This document shows, piece by piece, positions 1-9,107 of a DNA stretch of 32,202 bases; the stretch's first letter is position 1, and the number at the start of each line of letters is the position of its first letter. Under the pieces are notes generated by a model. The model did no database searches and was not told the DNA's origin. It saw only the letters and a list, made by a program, of their open reading frames with translations. The position numbers were made by a program, and so were the translations under genes. Source of the DNA: a virus (Duplodnaviria > Caudoviricetes); the IMG/VR virus record IMGVR_UViG_3300031996_000191, positions 1 through 32,202 of that record; one strand, 5' to 3'.

Positions 1-91
1 AGAGGGGGGCCGGTTCCCCATATTTTTTTTGGCTGCCCGGCAGCGCACCGCCGCAATCTCTCTCAAAAAATAAAAACGCCGGTAGTTATAT

Positions 92-118
92 AAAAAAAAG
101 GCCCGATAAAACCGGGCC
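92..118 (-). terminator. Rho-independent terminator downstream of ORF 155-1084
   Basis: Minus strand GGCCCGGT-TTT-ATCGGGCC followed by T8. Confidence 0.8.
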
Positions 119-154
119 CTGAAAACCAATATAGGTTTTTATTTGTCTACAGAC

Positions 155-1084
155 TTAGGGTTTTTTTAGTTCTTCAGAATCATCGGGCTGATCCTCTTCA
201 GGATCAATTTCTGCATCCTGCTCGCTTTTATCAGAACCCGTGGGATCGGCAGAATCGTCAGCTACGGCGTAATCGACGGGCTCTTCCTCGGATGGCTCCG
301 TTTTGACCTTATCCAGCTCCGGCAAGGAGATACCTTCGGCCTCAGGCTGCCGAGGGGAATAGACCGGCGAATCGGCTTTCAGCTCGATCGGATCGAAAGT
401 AGACGTGACCTTCGTATCGGCCTTAGGTGTAGCATTTTCGTCTACAGGCAGCGGCTCGGCGCTAGGGACATCTTCGGCCTTAAGATCCTGGTGAGCGGTT
501 TCCGTTGCGATCGGATCAGCTTCCATCGGCTCTGAATCGCCTTCCGGCTTTTGCTCCGAACCGTCCTGGACCGGGCCATTTACGGAAAGGGCGCCCAATG
601 CTCCAATAGGGGTGGGCAGGTTGATCTTATTAGAATCAACGGCGTAGCTTTGATCAACGGGCTTTCCGTCAGGCTGCTCGGCAGTTAGGCCGGGATTGGG
701 CACATCGGACGTTTGGATATCTGGACCGACACCATCGGTGGATTTGATCAACATTGGGCTTTCCTCTTCGGTTTTGGGTGCTTCTGTCTTTGGCTCGTTT
801 AAGGTAGCAGGGACACCATCTACGGTCAAAGGCGACACATCGCCTATTGGGGGAGGTTGCACGCCGGGAGCCTTAACCGGCGCATCTTTGAAAGCGGCCG
901 CAGTTTCGGCCGTTGGCTCCGGGATGTTAGCCATTGGCTCCACCTTCGTAGCACCAGCGGAATCGCTGGAATCGGTAGAGCCGTGGCTTTTATCGTGGAG
1001 CGAGGCTTTATGCGATTCGAGCTTAGCAATAAACTCTTCGAGTTCTTTTAGGAAATACTTCATGAGATTCTTGGATTTGGACAT
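155..1084 (-). CDS. Acidic Pro/Glu/Asp/Ala-rich hypothetical protein, probably largely disordered
   Basis: ATG at 1084 (MSKSKN) preceded by GGAG; own promoter and terminator; N-terminal amphipathic helix then low complexity. Confidence 0.75.
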   Translation of the reverse strand: MSKSKNLMKYFLKELEEFIAKLESHKASLHDKSHGSTDSSDSAGATKVEPMANIPEPTAETAAAFKDAPVKAPGVQPPPIGDVSPLTVDGVPATLNEPKTEAPKTEEESPMLIKSTDGVGPDIQTSDVPNPGLTAEQPDGKPVDQSYAVDSNKINLPTPIGALGALSVNGPVQDGSEQKPEGDSEPMEADPIATETAHQDLKAEDVPSAEPLPVDENATPKADTKVTSTFDPIELKADSPVYSPRQPEAEGISLPELDKVKTEPSEEEPVDYAVADDSADPTGSDKSEQDAEIDPEEDQPDDSEELKKP

Positions 1085-1101
1085 ACGGGTAACTCCGGAC
1101 G

Positions 1102-1136
1102 AGAAAGAACCCCTGGCAACCGGATGCCACCAGGGG
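1102..1136 (-). terminator. Terminator-like hairpin in the leader of ORF 155-1084 (possible attenuator)
   Basis: Minus strand CCCCTGGTGGC-ATCCG-GTTGCCAGGGG followed by TTCTTTCT. Confidence 0.55.
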
Positions 1137-1165
1137 CCTTTGTGTCTCGCCAAAGGCACAAAGTA

Positions 1166-1194
1166 AGGATAGATTTAATAATAGCCCGGATCAA
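1166..1194 (-). promoter_or_regulatory. Sigma70-like promoter
   Basis: Minus strand TTGATC-N17-TATCCT in the divergent intergenic region. Confidence 0.5.
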
Positions 1195-1247
1195 GGCTTC
1201 CGGTCTAAAAGTTAACAATAGGCACTTTTCCCTCTAATTCCCCCGGC

Positions 1248-1730
1248 ATGAGTGATTTAGCTGCCGTTTCTGAGGAAACTGAGAGAGACCCTGAAATCCC
1301 CTTTACCCTCGCGTTTCGCGCCGTGAAGACCGAGGACTTTAATTTCGTCCTCTCCTCGTGGATGAAGTCTTATCGGGACACGAAGCGGACAATAAAGAAT
1401 CCGGCCTACTTTGCCGGACACCAGCGATTAATCGCTGCTTTAGGCGAACGGCGCAGTATGATCATTGGCTGCGATGCTGACGCGCCCGAATGGATTGTGG
1501 GTTTTGCGTGCGGACAGATGCTAGATGACGGAAGGATACTTGTGGACTACGTTTACGTGAAACAGCCTTACAGGGAGCGCGGGATCGCAAAAGCCCTTGT
1601 CGCCGCTTTAGGCTGGTCTCCGGGAATGGGCGTAGTTGCGAGCCATTGGAATCGGATTTGCAATTCGCTCTCTCAACGCTTTTTAATCGAGCATGACGAG
1701 TATTACATCATGTTAGGAGCCGACCTGTGA
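1248..1730 (+). CDS. GNAT-family acetyltransferase
   Basis: Acetyl-CoA motif A: VDYVYVKQPYRERGIAKALV. Confidence 0.8.
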   Translation: MSDLAAVSEETERDPEIPFTLAFRAVKTEDFNFVLSSWMKSYRDTKRTIKNPAYFAGHQRLIAALGERRSMIIGCDADAPEWIVGFACGQMLDDGRILVDYVYVKQPYRERGIAKALVAALGWSPGMGVVASHWNRICNSLSQRFLIEHDEYYIMLGADL

Positions 1731-1996
1731 TTACTGTCGAATGTAAGGATTCTGTCCTTTCCCCCGATGCCGGCCATGTCACCACGTTTTTAATTACTAA
1801 AGAAAGTTTATCGCTTCCTTTCACGGATAAATCCATTGCGGTAGGTTTCGAGACTTTGCCGTATGGTATAGGTTTGACTTATCGGGACGGCTATCGAGTA
1901 ATTGTACCTTATGGAAACGTCCGGTATATTTTGAGTGCCCCCGAGGCTAAAAACAAAAAAGAAGCTCCACATACAATTTCTCCGAATAAAAAATAA
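1727..1996 (+). CDS. Hypothetical protein
   Basis: GTGA overlap with GNAT stop, AGGAG RBS, abuts the terL start. Confidence 0.7.
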   Translation: MITVECKDSVLSPDAGHVTTFLITKESLSLPFTDKSIAVGFETLPYGIGLTYRDGYRVIVPYGNVRYILSAPEAKNKKEAPHTISPNKK

Positions 1997-3490
1997 ATGA
2001 GAAAAATAAATCAAATTAACGATGCTATAACGGCGAAGGCCGTTATAGCGGAACGGAACAAACGGCTCGCGCGTAGCGGAAAGATCCTTTTCGACCGGAC
2101 CCGGCAAGAGGTTAAGGAACACGATCTTAACGTATACCTGAGCAAAGCGCACGAAAAGCAGAAGGAGATGCTTTTAGCCGAGGATCGCTTCAAAGCCGTC
2201 TGTTGCCCTCGCCGGACAGGAAAGACCACGTACAACCTGTTTGAGTGTATGCTTCACGATTTGAAGTACCCAGGCAGTACCATCGTCTATATCGTGCCGG
2301 ATTCGAAAGCCCACGCAAAGGATCTCTTTTGGCTCCCCTTGAAGGAATTAAACTCAAAGCTAAATCTAGGGCTTTTATTCAAAGAGGTGGAGAAACGTGT
2401 TATTACGCCCAGGGGAACTCAGATATTGCTTTTGGGCGCTCACGACGCTGATTCTCCTACCCGTTTGCGTGGTGGTGCTTATTCTCTCGCTTTATTGGAT
2501 GAGTGTAAGGATTTCGGGCCTCACTTTGAAGAGCTTATTGTCGAAGCGATCCTGCCCGGCCTTGGAGACTACGGCGGAACCCTAGTTTTGTCAGGAACGC
2601 CCGGTTCGATCTTTAGCGGGCTCTTCTACAAGGTTTGCACAGAAAAGCCAGATGGGTGGAAAGTCGCCAGATGGATCAAAAGTGACAATACCTTCCTGCG
2701 GCCCGAGGAACGGGATCTAGAGAAGGTTTTCGAGACAACCTACAAGCCTTTCGGTCTAACAAAGGCTTCGCCCAAGTTTAGGCGGGAACAGCTCGCGGAA
2801 TGGGTTGCTGACGATTCGGAGCGAGCCTACTTTTATGATCCCGCCCGGAACTTTTGGGACGGTTCTTTCGATATGCGCAAAGAATACCAGCATATATGCG
2901 CGATCGACTTAGGGAAGCGGGATAAGACGGTTATTCAGCCCGGAGCCTTTTCTTACCAAGACGAGAACCTTTACTACATGCAGCCCCATGCGGCCCGAGG
3001 CATGTATATCCAGACCATTTGCGAAAAATGGCAGGAAATGGACCGCAAGTACGGATTCGTTGGCACCGTGGTCGATACGGGCGGTTTGGGCGTTATGATC
3101 GTAGACGACATAAACATGCGCTACGGCTTCAACTGGCAGGCAGTTGATAAAAGCCCCAGATATAAGCTGGCTGCCGTAGAGCAGATGAACAGCGATTTTC
3201 TGCTAGGCCGAATTAAAGCGCAGCCCGAATCTATTGTTGCGCAGGCTTGGGCTAAAAGCATAAAAGACCCTAAAACCGGGCTTCCAATACATAGTGACGA
3301 AGGTGATGCGGCTTTATACCTCCACCGATTTAGTTACCATTGGACCGGAAAACATCCAATTGCGGAGCCAGAACGGGAAAGTCCCGTCTGGTGGGAAAAC
3401 CAAGAAAGAGAGGCAATTAATCGTGCGCTCAAAAACCGACAAAACCGCGAAACAGAAGGCCCCTACGGCAAAGCCCTCAGCGACTACTAA
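1997..3490 (+). CDS. terL: Terminase large subunit
   Basis: Walker A CPRRTGKT, Walker B LALLDE, coupling motif SGTP, RNase H-like nuclease IDLG and VVD; lies upstream of portal. Confidence 0.93.
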   Translation: MRKINQINDAITAKAVIAERNKRLARSGKILFDRTRQEVKEHDLNVYLSKAHEKQKEMLLAEDRFKAVCCPRRTGKTTYNLFECMLHDLKYPGSTIVYIVPDSKAHAKDLFWLPLKELNSKLNLGLLFKEVEKRVITPRGTQILLLGAHDADSPTRLRGGAYSLALLDECKDFGPHFEELIVEAILPGLGDYGGTLVLSGTPGSIFSGLFYKVCTEKPDGWKVARWIKSDNTFLRPEERDLEKVFETTYKPFGLTKASPKFRREQLAEWVADDSERAYFYDPARNFWDGSFDMRKEYQHICAIDLGKRDKTVIQPGAFSYQDENLYYMQPHAARGMYIQTICEKWQEMDRKYGFVGTVVDTGGLGVMIVDDINMRYGFNWQAVDKSPRYKLAAVEQMNSDFLLGRIKAQPESIVAQAWAKSIKDPKTGLPIHSDEGDAALYLHRFSYHWTGKHPIAEPERESPVWWENQEREAINRALKNRQNRETEGPYGKALSDY

Positions 3491-3914
3491 TGCTCCGAAA
3501 AAGCGTGGCCGCCCCCGTAAAGTTGATATTGAGGCTGCTCAGGCTGCTGGCGGGATTAAGCCCGTGAAAAAGGAAAAGGCTGTTAAGGCCGCTAAGAGCC
3601 CGAAGAAGGCTGACAAGCTTTGGCAGGCCAGCTTTGCCAAAATCGAGACCCTAGCCCAGATGGGCGCTGTTCATATCAAGGTGGACGGTATCGAGGTGGT
3701 GTTCCCTCCCGATGCGTTCCAGGCCGTTTCGACCAAAGGCCGTGAATTTGGCCAGGCTCAGGCTCCCGCGAGCGAGTTTCAGTTTGATGGCACCTCTGAG
3801 GACATGGAAGCCCAGGTGGCCCAGCTTGCAAAAGTTGCCCCGATGGACAATCCCGACGAGTATGCTGAAGCGCAGGACCGTTGGGCCAATCACGAGCCCA
3901 TGCCCCGTATTTGA
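3423..3914 (+). CDS. AT-hook, Lys/Ala-rich DNA-binding protein
   Basis: KKRGRPRK AT-hook; likely GTG start at 3423 after GAGG (ORF is open from 3294); basic N half, acidic C half. Confidence 0.65.
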   Translation: MRSKTDKTAKQKAPTAKPSATTNAPKKRGRPRKVDIEAAQAAGGIKPVKKEKAVKAAKSPKKADKLWQASFAKIETLAQMGAVHIKVDGIEVVFPPDAFQAVSTKGREFGQAQAPASEFQFDGTSEDMEAQVAQLAKVAPMDNPDEYAEAQDRWANHEPMPRI

Positions 3915-3924
3915 GGATTAACAA

Positions 3925-5820
3925 ATGGCAGATCGAAAGAGCTACAATCCTTGGTATTTGATCGAAGACAGCGACGAGGCTGCCGATCAGATGGACTGTA
4001 CTATTAAGGACATCGAATCGGCACAAAGCGGTCGTTTGCGCGATTTGCTCCGATTCTCGAGCATGTACCTAAACCGGGATTGTCTTTCGATGAGCGTGTC
4101 CGGGGGAGATCCGTACCTTCCGGCCATGCCTCGCGCCATTTTGAACTGTTCCCAGGCCATCGTGGATACCGTCGTTTCAAAGCACGTTGAGGCGGAAACG
4201 AAGGTTTCATTCGAGGTTGAGGACGGAGACTTTGCAGCCCACCAAAATGCAGAAGACATGGAAAGATTCTGTTGGGGGGAGTTTCAGCGCCTTGACCTTT
4301 ATTTGAAGGCAGAGATGTCGATCCGCGATTGCTGCGTGAGCGGCGACGGCTGGCTCAAATGGTACCCGAAAAATGGAAAGGCGTTTGTTGAAAGGACGCT
4401 GCCGTTTGAGGTGCTAATTGACGATGCCGCCGCCGCTTCGTGCGCCCCACAGGAAATGTATCAAAGGCGGTACGTTCCTCGCGGTTGGGCGATGATGATG
4501 TTTAAGGACAAAGCGGCCCAAATTGCCGAGTTGCCCACAACCGAGCCCGACTATGCGTTTCCCGGCGCAGACACCGATGTGGTCCGTTTGATCGAAGGAT
4601 GGCATTTAGCCTCAGACGAGGGAGAAGAAGACGGAAGGCATATTATTGCATGTGGCAACGTTATTCTTCTTGATGAGCCTTGGAGCTACACAGATTTCCC
4701 TTTTGCCCGCATACCATGGTCTCCTGCTCTTATGGGTGCTTACAGCACCGGTTTGATGGAACAGCTCCAACCGCTGCAACTCGAGCTAAACAAGATGATG
4801 AAGAGGATTCAGCACTCTTTGCATCTTATGAGCGTTCCGCGCATTTGGCAGTCATCTAGCTCAAAAGTCTCGCCGGAGTACGACAATCTTATCGGCAACG
4901 TTTATAAGTATTCTGGCCCGAAGCCTGAGATTGATGCGGCTCCGGCAGTTAATCCGGAATTGTACGCCCAGGCCGATCGTATTCGAGAAAGAATGTACGA
5001 ACAGGCTAGGCAAAATCCGATGCAATCCGGAGATATGCCTTCACGATTCGACTCAAGGCCCGCTTTGCGTGAGGCTCAGGAAATTGCAGATCAACCCCAC
5101 GCTTGGGTTGGGCTTAACTGGCAACGTCTGTTTGTGTCGTGTGGCAAACAACTGGTCCGTGTCGCCCGGGAGATCGTCAAAGAGCACGGCACCTATAAAA
5201 CCTTTGGTAGAGCCCGAGGATTCGTCGAGACGATAGATTGGGCAGATTGCGACCTAGAGGACAGCCGCTTCGTTATGACGCCCCAGCCGACATCCTTGCT
5301 GCCTACGACTCCAACGGGCAAACGGCTCGTTGTACAGGATTTGATGCAGAACGGGCTGCTTTCCGATCCGAACGAGGCTTGGGAAATGTTGGCCGGTATG
5401 CCCGATGTTGACGCGGTAACGAGCGAAAAGACGGCTCAGAAGCGCCTTGTCGATAAACAGCTCTATTTGATGATTAAGAAGAATCGGCCGATGGTGCCTG
5501 ACGAGGTTCAAGATCCCGTTTATTCCAAGCGGAGAGCCCAGGCCCAGCTTCAGATGCTTCTTACAAAAGAAAACGTACCTGAGGAAGTTCTCGCCCTGTT
5601 GGACGACTATATCGCACAATGTGATATTTTGTATCAGCAGGCGAATCCGCCCCCACCACCACCAGACCCAGCACAAATGATGCAACCGGGACTTTTGCCT
5701 CCCGGGGCACCAAACGGAGCATTAAATGGAAATCCAGGACAGCCAGTCCAGCCAGGCCCCCCAGGTATCGGAATCACAGGACAGCCCGGAGGTCTCCCTC
5801 CCGCAAATCTCGGCGGATAA
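3925..5820 (+). CDS. Portal protein
   Basis: 631 aa after terL; GDGWLK and DFPF...GLMEQLQPLQLELN segments typical of podoviral portals; Pro/Gln/Gly tail; GAGG RBS. Confidence 0.85.
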   Translation: MADRKSYNPWYLIEDSDEAADQMDCTIKDIESAQSGRLRDLLRFSSMYLNRDCLSMSVSGGDPYLPAMPRAILNCSQAIVDTVVSKHVEAETKVSFEVEDGDFAAHQNAEDMERFCWGEFQRLDLYLKAEMSIRDCCVSGDGWLKWYPKNGKAFVERTLPFEVLIDDAAAASCAPQEMYQRRYVPRGWAMMMFKDKAAQIAELPTTEPDYAFPGADTDVVRLIEGWHLASDEGEEDGRHIIACGNVILLDEPWSYTDFPFARIPWSPALMGAYSTGLMEQLQPLQLELNKMMKRIQHSLHLMSVPRIWQSSSSKVSPEYDNLIGNVYKYSGPKPEIDAAPAVNPELYAQADRIRERMYEQARQNPMQSGDMPSRFDSRPALREAQEIADQPHAWVGLNWQRLFVSCGKQLVRVAREIVKEHGTYKTFGRARGFVETIDWADCDLEDSRFVMTPQPTSLLPTTPTGKRLVVQDLMQNGLLSDPNEAWEMLAGMPDVDAVTSEKTAQKRLVDKQLYLMIKKNRPMVPDEVQDPVYSKRRAQAQLQMLLTKENVPEEVLALLDDYIAQCDILYQQANPPPPPPDPAQMMQPGLLPPGAPNGALNGNPGQPVQPGPPGIGITGQPGGLPPANLGG

Positions 5821-6778
5821 CGAGGCAGGCAACGATCCGGCCGCAGAAGCGATGGAATGGGTAAAATCCCAGCGGGAAGCCGGGAAAGACCCGCTGCGGG
5901 CAGATTCTGGCGAAACTGACGAGGTTGAAGAGACCGCTGGGACTACGGAAGACCGGGAGAAAACGGACTCACGACCGAATGAGCCCCAAAAGACCGATCC
6001 GGCCCCAGCGGCCCGCGAGGAAGATAAACCCAAAGCTTCGGCCTTGGCAAACTTCCACAGGCAACAGCGGGAATTTGAGGCTCAGCGCCAGGCTTTTGCT
6101 GCCGAGCGACGAGAACTGGAGCAATACAAATCCGTGCTCGAAAACGCCAAAGTGGACCGAATCGCCGCGCTCGAGGCTATGGGCTACAAGGACGTAAAGA
6201 GCTTCCTAGAGGGTTTGGCCGAGGATGGCGGCCGGATGACGCCCGAACGGCGGGAATTGCTAGAACTGAAGCAATGGCGCGAGAAGCAGGAAAAAGAGGC
6301 TCAAGAGCGGGAACAGCAGCAAAGGACGCATCTTGAGCAGCAACATATTAACCAGCAACTTGACGCGATCCGCCAGGAGGTTCAAGCTAAAATCAAGTCT
6401 GATGTGTATGGAAGCCGAATAGTTAACATACACGGCGCAGACGAGCAAATCATGCAGCAAATGGACAGGATGGCTGCGGAGACCGGGGAGATGCCCCGGA
6501 TCGAAGACGCCATTGAAGCCGTTGAAAGCAGGTATCGGGAAAACTTGAAGGTGCTCGCGGATAATCCGGAGGTCCGTAAGTATTTTCAAGATTTGTTTAA
6601 GTCACCCTCTCAGGCTCCTTCGCCCAGTAAATCGAAGGGAAAACTCTCGACCATAGGATCTGAGGTTAGATCCCCTGGAGTAGCCAGAACCGAGGAGTAC
6701 GTGCCCTCTGTTGATGGTGAACGAGAGATTCAGGAAGCCCTGGCTTTTCTCGATAAAAAGAAAAGAGCCAGACGATGA
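5726..6778 (+). CDS. Capsid scaffolding protein
   Basis: Between portal and capsid; acidic disordered N-terminus, E/Q/R coiled coil; GGAG RBS. Confidence 0.7.
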   Translation: MEIQDSQSSQAPQVSESQDSPEVSLPQISADNEAGNDPAAEAMEWVKSQREAGKDPLRADSGETDEVEETAGTTEDREKTDSRPNEPQKTDPAPAAREEDKPKASALANFHRQQREFEAQRQAFAAERRELEQYKSVLENAKVDRIAALEAMGYKDVKSFLEGLAEDGGRMTPERRELLELKQWREKQEKEAQEREQQQRTHLEQQHINQQLDAIRQEVQAKIKSDVYGSRIVNIHGADEQIMQQMDRMAAETGEMPRIEDAIEAVESRYRENLKVLADNPEVRKYFQDLFKSPSQAPSPSKSKGKLSTIGSEVRSPGVARTEEYVPSVDGEREIQEALAFLDKKKRARR

Positions 6779-6805
6779 CTTAACTCTTTTTGATCGGACA
6801 TTTTC

Positions 6806-8101
6806 GTGGCTACTAGCTTCAATGGCTCCGGCGGCTTCGACAGCGACTTTTTTGCCGCTTACAAGCACGTCTACAATCCCAAGCGCGTCCAGGTACTCGC
6901 CTATAAAAACCGTCCCTTCTTTGCCAAACTGGCCAAGAAAGACATGTTTGAGGGCGATACCTACAATCACACCGTTTTCTTCGAAGATCCCCAAGGCGGC
7001 TCGGCCACCATCGCTACTGCCATTGCGCAAAAAGCTGGCCATTCGCAGGGCGCTCGCTTCGTTATCAACCGTGGCCGGGAATACCAGGCCATTACGTTGC
7101 AAAACGAGGCTATCCGGGCTTCCCGTTCGGATAACGGTTCTTTGCTCCGTAAGAAGACCCACGAGACGGATCGCATCCTGAACGAGATGTGCCGCCGTAT
7201 CGACATCGCTGTTCATGGCAGCGGTACTGGCGTTATTGCCAGCTTCACCACGGCCGCAAGCCTCAACACCACCACCATCACCTTGGACACCCCCGCCCTG
7301 GGTATTCGTTTTTCTGTTGGAATGTTCCTTCAGATTGCTTCGACGAATCCCTTGGACGGAACGGCTCCTACCCTGGTGAACGGCGGCCAGGTCGTCAAAG
7401 TGTTGGCTCGCTCGGTTTCGGCCAAGCAGACCACCTTGACCCTGGACACCAGCCTTTCGGCAGTGACCGGCCTGACCACCACGAATCAGTATTTCCTGCT
7501 TCGTAACGGCGAAGGCTTGGGCTTTGGCATGAACACGCCTTATGGCGGCGTTTCGGGCCTCCGTAACTGGCTCCCCATTACTGACCCCGTTCCCGGCGAA
7601 TCCTTTTGGGGCTTCGATCGGAGCGTGGACGTCCAGCGTCTGTCCGGTTCGCGCTATGTGGCCGGAGCCGCTGAAAAGATGGAAGCCACCCTTCAAAACT
7701 GCTCGGCTGAAATGTGCCTCCAGGGCGCTTCTCCCGACCTGATTTTGATGAACCCGATTAATATTTCGAACTACAGCCAAGAGCTGGGTTCCAAGGTGCG
7801 TTACGCACAATCGGACAAAGCGGTGACGGGCCTCGATACCAGCGCAATGATCGTGCGCGGCCAGGCCGGCGACATGGCGGTGATGTCTGATCCCCAGGTC
7901 GATCCGGGCCGTTTTTACATGCTTCAGAGCGATACCTGGTGGATGCCCACGCTTGACGCCGTTCCCCACATGGACGACGCAGCGGGCATTTCCGCAAGCC
8001 GCGAGGCTACCAGCGACGGCATCGAGCTTCGGTGGCGTGCATGGTACAACTTGGTCTGCGATGCGCCGGGCCTCAACTTGACCGGTAGCTTCGGCTACTG
8101 A
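6806..8101 (+). CDS. Major capsid protein
   Basis: 431 aa, GTG start, follows scaffold; HK97-like C-terminal pattern (PDLILMNP, SDPQV, LRWRAWYNLVC.APG); strong codon bias. Confidence 0.85.
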   Translation: MATSFNGSGGFDSDFFAAYKHVYNPKRVQVLAYKNRPFFAKLAKKDMFEGDTYNHTVFFEDPQGGSATIATAIAQKAGHSQGARFVINRGREYQAITLQNEAIRASRSDNGSLLRKKTHETDRILNEMCRRIDIAVHGSGTGVIASFTTAASLNTTTITLDTPALGIRFSVGMFLQIASTNPLDGTAPTLVNGGQVVKVLARSVSAKQTTLTLDTSLSAVTGLTTTNQYFLLRNGEGLGFGMNTPYGGVSGLRNWLPITDPVPGESFWGFDRSVDVQRLSGSRYVAGAAEKMEATLQNCSAEMCLQGASPDLILMNPINISNYSQELGSKVRYAQSDKAVTGLDTSAMIVRGQAGDMAVMSDPQVDPGRFYMLQSDTWWMPTLDAVPHMDDAAGISASREATSDGIELRWRAWYNLVCDAPGLNLTGSFGY

Positions 8102-8107
8102 TCAAAC

Positions 8108-8198
8108 CTGACAGATGGGGCTCTCGGGAGTGTTTCTAGTCCTTTCACTCCTGAGGTAAGAATCCGAGAGGAAACCCCCATTTGTCAGCCTGGAGGCT
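8108..8198 (+). promoter_or_regulatory. Multi-stem RNA structure after the capsid gene
   Basis: 8108-8120 pairs with 8176-8188; 8121-8127 with 8164-8170; 8128-8132 with 8146-8150; AGCC-TGGA-GGCT covers the next SD. Confidence 0.6.
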
Positions 8199-8200
8199 AA

Positions 8201-8434
8201 ATGGAAGCGCTTATGAGCGTTCTTGGAAAAGAGATTTCCAAGGGCAAGACCGACGAAAAGTATCCAACCCCCCCTGAAAAGCTCGAATCCGGCGAAGGCG
8301 AGAACGCAAGCGGAGAACTGATGAACCCGGCTTTTGAAGCTGGCGCTCAGCAGGTTATGGAAGCTGTGCAATCTGGCGATTCTGCCGCTTTTGCTGATGC
8401 ACTGAAAGCCTGCATCGAAATGGCGCTAGGATGA
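8201..8434 (+). CDS. Small hypothetical protein
   Basis: GGAGG RBS; ATGA overlap with next gene. Confidence 0.75.
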   Translation: MEALMSVLGKEISKGKTDEKYPTPPEKLESGEGENASGELMNPAFEAGAQQVMEAVQSGDSAAFADALKACIEMALG

Positions 8435-9105
8435 CAAACCTTCTCGATCTACGGACACGTTTCTTTAATCGCTTTGACGAGGGACAACAGAATTATGTGT
8501 CCGTAGACGAGGCGAATTCTCTTCTTAATGAAGGTGCGGCGCATTTACACAATTGGATTGTAAACGCGGCCGAGTTTTACATTTGGAAGGAATACCTTAT
8601 TCCGCTCGTTGCGGGCCAGATGGACTACGACCTGCCCCCGGACTTTATGAAAGTCCTAAAGGTCTTCAGTTTGGGCAATGCGGTGCCGCCGTACAGTTAC
8701 GCCCCGATGGACCGGATTATGCCTGAGGAGTTTAGAGGCTCCATGACGGGCTTTGCCGGCACATATGCGGCATGTTTGGGCCGCGTCTATAAATACATGG
8801 TGATGGGCAATAAGCTTCGGTTTATTCCTATTCCAAGCCAGACGCAGATTGGCGCCTCTTTGTGGTATGCGCCGTCCTATACGGCGATGGCGCTTGATAC
8901 TGACGTTCCTGACATTTGTTTGGCTCCCGGCTGGGAAGAGTTCGTTGTCAATCAAGCTGTGATCGCCGCCCGAATCAAAGAAGAATCCGATACACAGCAG
9001 CTAGAGCGCAGGCAGGCCCAAATCATGCAGTTGATCGAGCAATCGCTCGTTAACCGGGATATGGGCAGGCACCAACACGTTGTAGACGTTGACGATGGAT
9101 TCTAA
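8431..9105 (+). CDS. Head-tail adaptor protein
   Basis: Position after capsid; N-terminal helices, YDLPPDF motif, C-terminal helices typical of podoviral adaptors. Confidence 0.7.
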   Translation: MTNLLDLRTRFFNRFDEGQQNYVSVDEANSLLNEGAAHLHNWIVNAAEFYIWKEYLIPLVAGQMDYDLPPDFMKVLKVFSLGNAVPPYSYAPMDRIMPEEFRGSMTGFAGTYAACLGRVYKYMVMGNKLRFIPIPSQTQIGASLWYAPSYTAMALDTDVPDICLAPGWEEFVVNQAVIAARIKEESDTQQLERRQAQIMQLIEQSLVNRDMGRHQHVVDVDDGF

Positions 9106-9107
9106 AA

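Noticed and set aside
1-30. G-run/C-run followed by T-run at the window start as a genome terminus or pac site
   Set aside because: No terminal repeat or flanking context to support it
696-1166. 156-aa plus-strand ORF
   Set aside because: Antisense shadow of the acidic protein gene; no RBS or motif
1212-1250. Leaderless promoter TTAACA-N17-TAATTC for the late operon
   Set aside because: The -10 match is too weak to call
6602-7969. 455-aa minus-strand ORF
   Set aside because: Antisense shadow of the codon-biased capsid gene; no motifs
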